NCBI GenBank assembly: GCA_963666285.1
Contig: OY762711.1
Length of the DNA: 64,000 nt
Strand: one strand, 5' to 3'
Source: Sedimentisphaerales bacterium
Lineage (GTDB): Bacteria; Planctomycetota; Phycisphaerae; Sedimentisphaerales; SM23-30
Positions 41,280-50,631 of the stretch are shown piece after piece. The notes beneath the pieces are model-generated. The model was not told the DNA's origin. It made no database searches and saw only the letters and a program-made list of their open reading frames with translations. Position 1 is the first letter of the stretch. Each line of letters starts with the position of its first letter. The position numbers and the translations under genes were made by a program.

Positions 41280-42044
41280 CTATTCAATGGTTAGCATTTT
41301 GAAGGAGTCGTAACGGGGTGCGGTCCACATTTCAAGGTCGTTGCCTATTATATCGCGAGCGGTATTTATAGCTACGGTTGGGCTGTTATTGTTTTCGCTC
41401 AGGTGGCTCAGGACCGCCCATTGCAGCTTACTGGCATGGACTTTGAGAAGGTGTGCGGCTTCTGCATTAGTGATATGTCCGGCATCGCCTGATATTCGCT
41501 GACGCAGGTAGAGTGGGTATGGGCCGTTTTCAAGCATTTCCGGGTCGTAGTTGCTTTCCAGGTATATGCCGTCCAGTTCAGATATGAAGTTGCTCAGCCC
41601 GGCAAAACAATGTCCCAGGTCGGTAAAAATGCCCAGTTTTTTGTTATCGTAACTAATGATAAAAACGACCGAATCTTCACCATCATGTGGCGTCGGGATA
41701 GTCTGGACCGTAGTGTCCTTAAACTTGAGAATCGAGCCTGCGGTATAGGTGTGATGCTCGTATAGTACGCCCAGTTTGCTTTCGCAGGCGTCAAATGAGC
41801 CGGTAGTCATATACAGCGGCTTGCGTATCTTTCGCTGGAAAGTACCGGCACTGCGGGAGTGGTCGGTATGGTTATGGCTGACAAGGATAGCGTCTACATC
41901 CCAGAGATCCCGCTTTTTATCATTAAGTCGCTGTTGAGCCTGTTTGCCGGAGATTCCGGCATCGATAATCAACTTGGTATCAGGGGTTTCGACATAAAAG
42001 CAGTTGCCGTTAGAGCCGGTTTGTAATGAACAGGATGTAATCAT
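41280..42044 (-). CDS. MBL-fold metallo-hydrolase (YycJ/WalJ-like)
   Basis: GS.GN, IDAG, SHNHTDH, HD, TDLG, ESNYD..ML..GPYP..L..RI....GH..N and HLSE.NN. Confidence 0.93.
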   Translation of the reverse strand: MITSCSLQTGSNGNCFYVETPDTKLIIDAGISGKQAQQRLNDKKRDLWDVDAILVSHNHTDHSRSAGTFQRKIRKPLYMTTGSFDACESKLGVLYEHHTYTAGSILKFKDTTVQTIPTPHDGEDSVVFIISYDNKKLGIFTDLGHCFAGLSNFISELDGIYLESNYDPEMLENGPYPLYLRQRISGDAGHITNAEAAHLLKVHASKLQWAVLSHLSENNNSPTVAINTARDIIGNDLEMWTAPRYDSFKMLTIE

Positions 42045-42254
42045 TCAGGTGGTTTGGTAAAATGTGGTTGTCAAAATGTCGCTATCACTATTATTAGCAA
42101 AATATTATAGCAAATGTAAGCTGAATGTGAAAAATAAAATAGTAACCATTTTTTGTCATAATTGTATCGTATTACAGGGCAGTAAAATACAATTTGTACA
42201 TTTTTTGCCAAATAACGGACATTTTGAGTAAACTATCATGAAGGATGGTGCAGT

Positions 42255-42887
42255 ATGGAAGATAATAGCCAGGAAAAAATCTGGTTTTATGCCAAGCGAT
42301 ATGGTTTTGGTTGGGGTATGCCGGCCAGCTGGGAAGGCTGGATCGTTCTTATCACGTATATGGCTATCCTTATAGGCGGTGTTTTTGTTATTCCAATGAT
42401 GTATTATGCGATAGCGGCTGTTTGTGCTACCTTAATGCTGTTTTTGATATTATTCTGGAAAGGCGAAAAACTGCAGTGGCGCTTTGGCAAAAATGACCAG
42501 TTTTCTCCAAAGCAGATAAAGGTATTTTCTCTGCTGGTTCATCTTCTATTGAGCCCGTTGATTTTAACATTGGGTATTTGGCTATATTGCAACCCGCCTC
42601 AGGACATAGGTAATCTTGGTTATCGCACTCCAACATCGATGCAGAACGATGTTATGTGGGATGAAGCTCAGGTTTACAGCTCAAAAGTTATGATAATTGC
42701 AGCTTCAATTTCATTGCTTATCCAGATAATAAGTTATTTTTCAATGAAACCGGAGATGTCACTGCTTGTCTCTGTAGTTGGAATGGTTCTGGCTATTGTG
42801 CTGGTCATACCATTAACAGAGCTGCATTTGCAGAATTATGAGTTAAAAATTAACCCAGGTTTACAGTTGGAGTTGGTGGATCCGTAA
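42255..42887 (+). CDS. Membrane protein with a C-terminal SdpI-like domain
   Basis: N-terminal WF.AKRYG.GW..P.SWEGW module; C-terminal GYRT..SM.N...W..AQ is the SdpI-type motif. Confidence 0.75.
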   Translation: MEDNSQEKIWFYAKRYGFGWGMPASWEGWIVLITYMAILIGGVFVIPMMYYAIAAVCATLMLFLILFWKGEKLQWRFGKNDQFSPKQIKVFSLLVHLLLSPLILTLGIWLYCNPPQDIGNLGYRTPTSMQNDVMWDEAQVYSSKVMIIAASISLLIQIISYFSMKPEMSLLVSVVGMVLAIVLVIPLTELHLQNYELKINPGLQLELVDP

Positions 42888-43128
42888 AAAAAAGTTTATT
42901 TGTCTTGTTTCTGCAAATGGTTTCATTGTAAAGGTTTAAGTCGTGGTGTTTGTTGTGTGTGGGTGTTCTGTTTGGTTGTGTGCTTCTAGAAAATTCTTAT
43001 AAATTTGTATCTTTACTTCTCTTTTGCTATAATGACATGACAAAAATTGTTGTGCCAAAAGGGCATGGTATTAAAGAGAATTACCGGTTTCGTATTGCAT
43101 GAGATTGGTTGAAGAATTGGAGATAATA

Positions 43129-44043
43129 ATGAGAAGTGGCAAAAAGGGTTTATATTCGATTTTAGCTGCATTGGTTTTAAGCTTTGTAGTTTCTGTTCAG
43201 GCTGATTTTACAGATTATAATATGGTAGTTTTCGGTGACTTTTCCGGCGTCGGTAATGCTCATATTCACGGTAGTGCAGTGATTGGTGGTTCCATAAGCA
43301 GCAGCTTCCTTGAGGTTGGCAGCGATCTTGACCGTGCTACAACCGATACTACTTTGCTGGTTGGCGGTGATATTGATTCGTCAGCATTTGTTCGTTTGTT
43401 TGCCGGTAACGCGGCAGTGAATGGCAGCGGGGCAGTTGACTTGCAGGGCAGCAGCTCACCTTCTGTAACTTATGGGTCAAGTGTTGTCGATACTATCAAT
43501 GCCTTGAAAGCCGAGATTGATAGCGTCTCTACATATCTCGGTGGTATCGACGGAACTGATTTATCTGGCACAGGGCTGTCAAATATCAATACGGCGGGAA
43601 TGGGTGACTTTGTTGTCTTTGATATAAACGGCAGCGATCTTGCAAGCGTTGCAAATCTGAATTTAATTGCCGATTCATCTCAGACAATTATTTTTAACGT
43701 TTATGGCGACACGATCAACTTTACATCTCATTTGTTAGGCGGCTTTGCCAACAGCCCAAGCTACCCGCAGAATATTATGTGGAACTTTGTTGACGCCACT
43801 GTAGTAAACATAGCTAATAATAAAATGGTGGGTTCTGTTATCGCCCAGTACGCGGCAGTATCAAATATTAATGACTTTGACGGCAGCGTTTATGTAAACA
43901 GTATTACCAAAGTCGGTCAGATTCATCTGCCGCTGTTTGACGGCGATATACCAACTCCGACAGTACCGGCACCATCAGCTGTTCTTCTTGCGTCCGGCGG
44001 CATTGTAGTAGTAGGGCGTTTGCGTAGAAGATTTACGGTTTAA
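43129..44043 (+). CDS. Choice-of-anchor A / ice-binding-like domain protein with a PEP-CTERM-type (VPAP) tail
   Basis: YN.VVFGD, IIFNV.G, I.WNF..A, GSV.A..A, N..DGSV and Q.H...F.G; ends VPAP + TM + RLRRR. Confidence 0.85.
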   Translation: MRSGKKGLYSILAALVLSFVVSVQADFTDYNMVVFGDFSGVGNAHIHGSAVIGGSISSSFLEVGSDLDRATTDTTLLVGGDIDSSAFVRLFAGNAAVNGSGAVDLQGSSSPSVTYGSSVVDTINALKAEIDSVSTYLGGIDGTDLSGTGLSNINTAGMGDFVVFDINGSDLASVANLNLIADSSQTIIFNVYGDTINFTSHLLGGFANSPSYPQNIMWNFVDATVVNIANNKMVGSVIAQYAAVSNINDFDGSVYVNSITKVGQIHLPLFDGDIPTPTVPAPSAVLLASGGIVVVGRLRRRFTV

Positions 44044-44072
44044 TAATACAACAATATACCTTTCAAAAACTT

Positions 44073-44115
44073 AGGGATAAGAAGTCTGTCAAACAGCATT
44101 TCTTATCCCTTTTTT
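44073..44115 (+). terminator. Intrinsic terminator between convergent genes
   Basis: AGGGATAAGAA ... TTCTTATCCCT plus a T-run. Confidence 0.7.
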
Positions 44116-44146
44116 AGTTTGAGTTCTGGTATCTAAATTTGGCAGA

Positions 44147-46249
44147 TCATTTCCCAGCCAGCCAGTTTGCTGCAAGTGTCTGTAGGTCGGTGATAGTATA
44201 TTCCTCCATCCAGCCATCCGCCAGCAGGGCAGTATCAGCCATATCCACTCCATAGCTGCCCGCCACATCGCCGGGGATATCACGCTGCCAATAAAGCATC
44301 GGGTATCCGGTCGCAGCATAAGGCATATGCCAGACATCGTCTGTACCGTTGGTGGTTTCAGAGTTAAAATCCCACCCGGCATCTGTGAAGGTGGATTGCA
44401 TCTGCATCTGGGAGGTGGAGAGGCTGCTAATATCTGTGACGCAATCTTCGCTGGTCGATATGTAGCCTATTGCTTCACTCTGTCCGCTTGTATCAATATC
44501 ACAAAAACAGTTTGTAACGATGTTGTGATTTTCGGCAAGAAAACTACCTGCACGTATGTTGCTGTTTTCTTCAAAATATACTTGTCCAATGGAAAAACAC
44601 TGGTTAATAGTGCTAGTGTTATCTGCACAAAAACCACCAGCTGCTCCCCAATCACTATAGGTTGATACATTCGTATAACATTGAGAAACTGTGCCATTAT
44701 TTTCACTAATTAAACCGCCAACTTTAGATTGGGTTCCTGAAATTGAGCCTTCTGCATAACATTGGCTAATTATTCCCATATTTGTACCGGCTAAGCTGCC
44801 TGTATTGTAATATCCATTAATAGATACGTTTTTTAAGCCAAGATTGCTTACTATGGCTTCATCTCCAATGCAGCTAAATAGTCCGGCATATATTGCCCCG
44901 GTGATACATAAATTTTCTATAGTATGTCCATTTCCATTAAAGGATCCTGTAAACTTTTTACCATGGCCAATAACTGGGTATTCAAAAGAAATACCAGATA
45001 AATCTATGTCATTCACAATAGAAAAATGTTTATCCCAATCTGTTACACGATGTGAAAGGCAGCATATATCTTCTGCATTACCTATCAGGAAAGGTGTCGA
45101 CTCTGTGCCGGAACCGGCGTATGTACGGTTAGGATAAGCAGTGTTTATAGTTGTGCCGGATGAAGTTTCCCAGGCAAGACGTGGGTAGTCGTTATTTTCA
45201 TCAATTATCCAGCTTCCGTCAATCCATCCCAAAAAACTTGCAGCCTGTTTCATTTGTTCATCTGTAAGTGGCCACCCTCCAAGTCCGCTTCCAACTTCGC
45301 ATATATCTTTATTGTAGTAGCAATCAATGATTTGACTATTGTTGAAGAAACTGGTTAAACCGCTTATTCCCCCAGTTATAAAATTTGTACATTCAACAGG
45401 TCCGTTTGCGTAACATTGAGAAATCGTACCGTTAAAATTACCTCCACACAGGCCTCCTGCAAAATAAATTCCTGATACGGAGCTTTCTGAATAAGATAAT
45501 AATATATTGCCGCCATCAGTCAAATGATTCCCTGTATTTGAACCACATAGGCCGCCAATATAATAATTACCAGTGACTGAGCCTTTGGCGATGCATTGTT
45601 CAATGACACCCTCAGTATTCGACCCACATAGGCCGCCAATAGATGTTGATTCAGGGCCATACACGGTGCAATCAGAAATACATTTATAGATACGGCCATA
45701 ATTTTGACCGCACAAACCGCCAATCAAGGTACTACTGTGGCTGTCGCTATATACATTTCCTTTTACCTGACATTGAATGATATTACCTCTATTAACACCA
45801 CATAAAAGACCGGCGTAACGTTGTGAGTTGACATAGCCGGTGTCTATTGATAAGTTAGATACAATTCCGCTTTCGCCTATGCAGCCAAATAGTCCGGAAT
45901 AATAAGAACTATATATACCGAAATATGAAACTGTGTGTCCGTTTCCATTAAAAGAGCCGTTAAATTCTATTCCGTCAAAACTAATATCTGCAACGGTATC
46001 TGCAGCAATATAAGTAGTGTGAAAACCATTTATATCAGTTGGCAGTTCAATATCCTCTGTAAGTACGAAATATTTATCATAATCATCTGTATTTTCACCT
46101 AGTGTTATTATGTCTTCACCAGTTGAGATGTGATAAGGATCTTCCTCTGTACCTGAGCCGCCGGAATAGGTTGCGGCAGATGTAGAGTTGTTTAGGTAAC
46201 CAATTGAAAAAATAGTTGTTATTAACGATATAAATAATAATCGACCCAT
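44147..46249 (-). CDS. Secreted GLUG-repeat protein (two repeat blocks) with a dockerin-like C-terminal module
   Basis: GSGT..DPY.I, F.GSFNGNGHT (twice), GGLCG.N.G.I..C repeats; ends F..AGWDF ... DIPGD.AG ... A.NWLAGK. Confidence 0.88.
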   Translation of the reverse strand: MGRLLFISLITTIFSIGYLNNSTSAATYSGGSGTEEDPYHISTGEDIITLGENTDDYDKYFVLTEDIELPTDINGFHTTYIAADTVADISFDGIEFNGSFNGNGHTVSYFGIYSSYYSGLFGCIGESGIVSNLSIDTGYVNSQRYAGLLCGVNRGNIIQCQVKGNVYSDSHSSTLIGGLCGQNYGRIYKCISDCTVYGPESTSIGGLCGSNTEGVIEQCIAKGSVTGNYYIGGLCGSNTGNHLTDGGNILLSYSESSVSGIYFAGGLCGGNFNGTISQCYANGPVECTNFITGGISGLTSFFNNSQIIDCYYNKDICEVGSGLGGWPLTDEQMKQAASFLGWIDGSWIIDENNDYPRLAWETSSGTTINTAYPNRTYAGSGTESTPFLIGNAEDICCLSHRVTDWDKHFSIVNDIDLSGISFEYPVIGHGKKFTGSFNGNGHTIENLCITGAIYAGLFSCIGDEAIVSNLGLKNVSINGYYNTGSLAGTNMGIISQCYAEGSISGTQSKVGGLISENNGTVSQCYTNVSTYSDWGAAGGFCADNTSTINQCFSIGQVYFEENSNIRAGSFLAENHNIVTNCFCDIDTSGQSEAIGYISTSEDCVTDISSLSTSQMQMQSTFTDAGWDFNSETTNGTDDVWHMPYAATGYPMLYWQRDIPGDVAGSYGVDMADTALLADGWMEEYTITDLQTLAANWLAGK

Positions 46250-46473
46250 GTTTTTCTCCGTAATGATTTCCTAACATATTTCCAGGCAATAAGTTATACT
46301 TTAATTTATATGCTGGGAAATGTGAGTTGATCCAATTTCCCGGCCAACAATTAATCCATCAAATACCAGCTAATCATAATACCAGATAAGATAGCATTTA
46401 CCAAAGAAATATTTTCCTGAATTTTAGGTCGCATATTTCCCTAAGTATTATATATCTTAGCTTTTGATGTATC

Positions 46474-47868
46474 TTAGTGATTCGAGACTTCCTGCCAGTT
46501 GTCGGCGATCTCCTCGAAATCAGTCAGGTCAACGTTTCCGCTGCTGTTTTGGTCAGCCCCGCTGCAATCTCCGCAATTGTCGGCCAGCCAGTTTGTAGCC
46601 ATGCAGTTCAGATCGGCCATATCAACCACGCCGTCAATTATACAATCGCCCGGCAGCCACTCAAACGCTCCCAGGTCGGGGGCGGTCTGAATATATTCCA
46701 ATCCGACATCAACACCCGCATTTACCATCCTACTGCCGGCAGTAGGCCTTAGAAAGCTCAGTCTCGGCAGGTTGCCATATTCGTCACGCTGTCCGACTAT
46801 GCCGGTAACGTCCAGGCTTGCTATATCGCTGCTTGATATAGAAAAACCGTTCCATGAATTATTCTCATCATCAATTTCGGCATAAATATTTTCTCCGGCC
46901 AGGTATGACAGGTTGTTACGCAATACATGGGCGGAATTATGCTCGTCGAAATAGTAGTTAGTGCTGCCGTTATCGACCGAAGTGCAGTTATATACATGTA
47001 CGCCTGTCGTATTGCCGTTCACATCTATGCCGTGATGCGGGTTATTATAGGCAATGCAGTTTATCAGCAGATGTGCACCGGCCCCGGCACCCAGTTTGAA
47101 TCCGTTACCGTCACCGGCGAAATTACTGTCTTCCCACCGGTTGATACCATTGTTTATCGCCCAGCAATGGTCGAAAGTAACCGATTCGCTAGGCGGGTAG
47201 GTGTTCCAGCAGTCATAACCGTCATCGGAATTGGCCCATGACCGGCAGTTTCGCAGAATATTACCAGTTCCCAGCCCGAACTTTGTCGCAAACCCATCGG
47301 CATTCTCGCCGTGGTTACCCGGATCATAGTTCCAGTATGAGTCACAGTTAAGGATAAGATTTTCGGCCGCACCGGTATGCAGCTGGATACCCGAATCTTC
47401 ATTATACCTGGCGATTATCCGCTCGACTATGTTATTAGTGCCGCTGACGTAAAGGCCGTTATCACCGGCATACTGGATAATGAAATTGTCCATGTGCCAG
47501 TAACTGCCGGTCAGCTCAATGCCGCGTGTGCCGGTTGAGGTTGCGGTAAAGTCAAGGATAACTTCTTCCGATTCATATGCTGCCATGGTTATCATATTAC
47601 CGGCCGAGCCGCTGGTTGATAGCTTTACCTTGCTGCTGTAGTTATGTTGGCCGCCGCGAAGGTAGATCGTATCGCCGCCGGTTGCTGATTTAACAGCTTT
47701 GCCGATAGTAGCATAGGGCGAGCTTAAGCTGCCGCTGTTGCTGTCGCTGCCTGTTGGGCTGACAAAATATGTTGCCGCGCAAACAGGGCGAATTGCTCCC
47801 ATGACTGCGATTGTCAAGGCGATTATACAGATACCGGGTAGAATTCTTTTCCTTTTCATAGCCGACAT
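46474..47868 (-). CDS. PL9 family pectate lyase-like protein with a dockerin-like C-terminus
   Basis: GD.IYLRGG, ADGF..K, CRSW.NSDDGYD and GDGNGFKLG; C-terminal GD...DG.VD..DL...A.NWL twice; AGGAGG RBS. Confidence 0.9.
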   Translation of the reverse strand: MSAMKRKRILPGICIIALTIAVMGAIRPVCAATYFVSPTGSDSNSGSLSSPYATIGKAVKSATGGDTIYLRGGQHNYSSKVKLSTSGSAGNMITMAAYESEEVILDFTATSTGTRGIELTGSYWHMDNFIIQYAGDNGLYVSGTNNIVERIIARYNEDSGIQLHTGAAENLILNCDSYWNYDPGNHGENADGFATKFGLGTGNILRNCRSWANSDDGYDCWNTYPPSESVTFDHCWAINNGINRWEDSNFAGDGNGFKLGAGAGAHLLINCIAYNNPHHGIDVNGNTTGVHVYNCTSVDNGSTNYYFDEHNSAHVLRNNLSYLAGENIYAEIDDENNSWNGFSISSSDIASLDVTGIVGQRDEYGNLPRLSFLRPTAGSRMVNAGVDVGLEYIQTAPDLGAFEWLPGDCIIDGVVDMADLNCMATNWLADNCGDCSGADQNSSGNVDLTDFEEIADNWQEVSNH

Positions 47869-48339
47869 GGCCTCCTCCTAAAATTTCAAAAAGCTGAACA
47901 ACTCAAAGTACGCCTGAAAAGAAACCAGGAACGATCGTACTGGTGATTCAGAAATAACACCTTTCGATAAAATAAATTATAGCAAATCAGCTATGTCGAG
48001 TCAATATAGTCCGCGATATACTATCTTCTTGATTAAATCCATATTTAAACCGTTAAATTGCTCAAATTATATTAAATAATCACTATTAAAAAGTTCATCC
48101 TGCTGTTTAATTCCAGGTGTAAAATCTGTTTGAAAGTCAGACTGATAATAAAAATGTGCGATTTTTGTGCTAAAATCGCCTTTTTATGAAATCTGTAATT
48201 AACTTGATAAAGTGACTATGAGTCTGATATAATCAATTGACTTATTTTTATAAAATGAGTGTTTGTCGAGATACGTATTTTTTTTCAAAAATTCGGCATC
48301 ATAGTGTTTTAAGTGCAGAAATATTTACGGAAAGAGATT

Positions 48340-49746
48340 ATGACTAGAATTTCGATGCTGATTGGCTGTTTGTGTTTTTGTATTACCACTTTTACTTTTG
48401 CAGCAGGAGGAGACCTGGGTTTAAGTAAAGGAGCAAATGGTACTGATACCGCACCCTGGCTGATCGAAGATTTTGATGATTTCCAAGCGTTTTGCAATGA
48501 TACGAGCAAATGGTCCGGTGGTGTCTATACCCGCCTGGAAGCAGATCTCGATCTTGATCCGGCTTTACCCGGCAGGGCAGTTTATATTAAAGCTCCGATA
48601 GCCGGTGATGCAGACGAATCCAATTTTTACGATGGAATATCTTATGCCGGTGTATTTGACGGTAGCGGTCATGTTATTAGTAACTGTCAGATTGATGGCG
48701 GTGATTATTGCGGGCTGTTTGGCCGGATAGTATCAGGTAGTGAAATAAGTAATGTCAGGGTGGAAAATGCTGCCGTTACCGGCTCAGGTGAGTATATTGG
48801 CGGTCTGGCAGGTGAGAATAATTATGGTTCTGTAAGCTCGTGTTATTTTACTGGTTCCACTCATGGTTTTATTGGCACCGGCGGTTTGGTGGGAAGAAAC
48901 TATGGCAGTGTCATTGATTGTTTTTCTTCCGGTTCTGTGCAAAGCAGCTTTATGGCTGGTGGCCTTTTGGGTTTAAATTCCGGCAATGTTAGCAGCAGTA
49001 ATTCCTCATGCGATGTTTCAGGTGCCGATGTTGTTGGTGGATTGGTAGGTAAAAATTTCGCTGATATTAGTGAATGTTATTCATCCGGTTCTGTTATTGG
49101 TTCAGGCGATTATGCCGGCGGGTTAGTTGGCGTAAATGATTCTGGCAATATCAGCGTTTGTTATTCCAGTGGTTCGGTGCAGGGTGTCAATCAAGTTGGC
49201 GGCCTGGTTGGTGGAAACTCCGGTACTGTCAGTAATTGCTATTCTACATCCTCTTCCGATGGTAGTGATGATGTAGGAGGGCTGGTAGGTGAAAATTATT
49301 TCGGCACTGTCAGCTATTGTTATTCTACTGGTATTGTATCAGAAAATGGTGTTTACGGCGGTCTGGTAGGTATAAATTCAGGTAGTGTCAGCAACAGCTT
49401 CTGGGATATCGACTCCTCTGGCATTCTTGATCCGGAAGCAGGTGTTAGTGATACCGACGGTATGATTGGCAAAACAACAGCCGAACTTCAAACTGAATCT
49501 ACTTTTACCGAGGCCGGCTGGGATTTTGTGGTTGAAACTGTTAACGGAAGCGAAGACCTTTGGCGTATGCCGTATTTGATGCCGGGCTACCCGATATTAT
49601 CCTGGCAGAAAGATATTCCGGGCGATTTCGCTGGCGACTATTGCGTTGACCTTTTTGATGCCGAGGTACTCTCCGCCGATTGGCTGAATGTGTATGATTT
49701 TTCCGACCTGATCGATTTGACAGCTAACTGGCTGGCCGGGAAATAA
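48340..49746 (+). CDS. Secreted GLUG-repeat protein with a dockerin-like C-terminal module
   Basis: NGT...PWLIED, Y.GVFDG.GH.I and about eight GGLVG.N.G.VS.CYS repeats; ends AGWDF ... DIPGD.AG ... ANWLAGK. Confidence 0.9.
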   Translation: MTRISMLIGCLCFCITTFTFAAGGDLGLSKGANGTDTAPWLIEDFDDFQAFCNDTSKWSGGVYTRLEADLDLDPALPGRAVYIKAPIAGDADESNFYDGISYAGVFDGSGHVISNCQIDGGDYCGLFGRIVSGSEISNVRVENAAVTGSGEYIGGLAGENNYGSVSSCYFTGSTHGFIGTGGLVGRNYGSVIDCFSSGSVQSSFMAGGLLGLNSGNVSSSNSSCDVSGADVVGGLVGKNFADISECYSSGSVIGSGDYAGGLVGVNDSGNISVCYSSGSVQGVNQVGGLVGGNSGTVSNCYSTSSSDGSDDVGGLVGENYFGTVSYCYSTGIVSENGVYGGLVGINSGSVSNSFWDIDSSGILDPEAGVSDTDGMIGKTTAELQTESTFTEAGWDFVVETVNGSEDLWRMPYLMPGYPILSWQKDIPGDFAGDYCVDLFDAEVLSADWLNVYDFSDLIDLTANWLAGK

Positions 49747-49808
49747 AACAATTGTTCTTTGTGATGTTTATCTTTTAGAAATTTGAGTTATTAAAATTGG
49801 AGTTGAAA

Positions 49809-50588
49809 ATGAAAAAAATTATGGTTTGGGCAGTTTTGGTATTGCTGCAGCAAATATCCTCTGCTGCTGTCTGGGTAGAAGGTGGTATAATAAAATCCAA
49901 TTCGTCTGGACCGCTTGATTTGTATATCGGCTATACCCCTGAGTGCCGTGGAGATAAGTCTGGTTCATGGTTATACCCTCTCGATAGCTTAATAGAAAGT
50001 CTTCCTGATGACGCAGAAATAACACAAGTCAAATCTTCGATGTATTCATGTTTCTATCATCTTACATCGCCCACGGGAGATGGAGTATTAAAATTGCCGG
50101 GTGAAGGGTTTTCTACTCTATACGAATTATGTCCCGATTCCAGTTATGGGCTTATCGGCACATATGGGGCTTTTCTGGACACATATAAAGTTGTACATGC
50201 TCCTTTAGAATATCAGTTAGGACCGGGCCAGGGTGTTGAATTTATTGGCTATGAATTTATCCATCCATTGAGATCAGGTTTGTGGCAGGTTGGCGATGAT
50301 TTCTGGTTCGAAAGTGAGGATTTCGCTGAAAGATGTTATGATGGCTGGAGTATTGATGGTATTTCGGTTCCGTATAATGTAACGTTTGAATATCTTACTG
50401 AAATTATTGGTCTGGATTATGGCGAACATGAACTGAAATTATATAGAGAGTGGAATGTACAGGTAGGTGATGAATATTGGCCATATGAGGATTATGATAT
50501 TACAGCTATCACTATTGTCCCGGAACCTGTGACATTTTCACTACTGACATTTGGTATTGTAACCGTTATCCACAGGCAGAAATATTGA
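49809..50588 (+). CDS. PEP-CTERM surface protein
   Basis: Signal peptide; C-terminal VPEP + hydrophobic helix + HRQK. Confidence 0.85.
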   Translation: MKKIMVWAVLVLLQQISSAAVWVEGGIIKSNSSGPLDLYIGYTPECRGDKSGSWLYPLDSLIESLPDDAEITQVKSSMYSCFYHLTSPTGDGVLKLPGEGFSTLYELCPDSSYGLIGTYGAFLDTYKVVHAPLEYQLGPGQGVEFIGYEFIHPLRSGLWQVGDDFWFESEDFAERCYDGWSIDGISVPYNVTFEYLTEIIGLDYGEHELKLYREWNVQVGDEYWPYEDYDITAITIVPEPVTFSLLTFGIVTVIHRQKY

Positions 50589-50631
50589 ACAGGGTATTTT
50601 CGTTTGTTCTATAAAGACATTACTGATGTTT

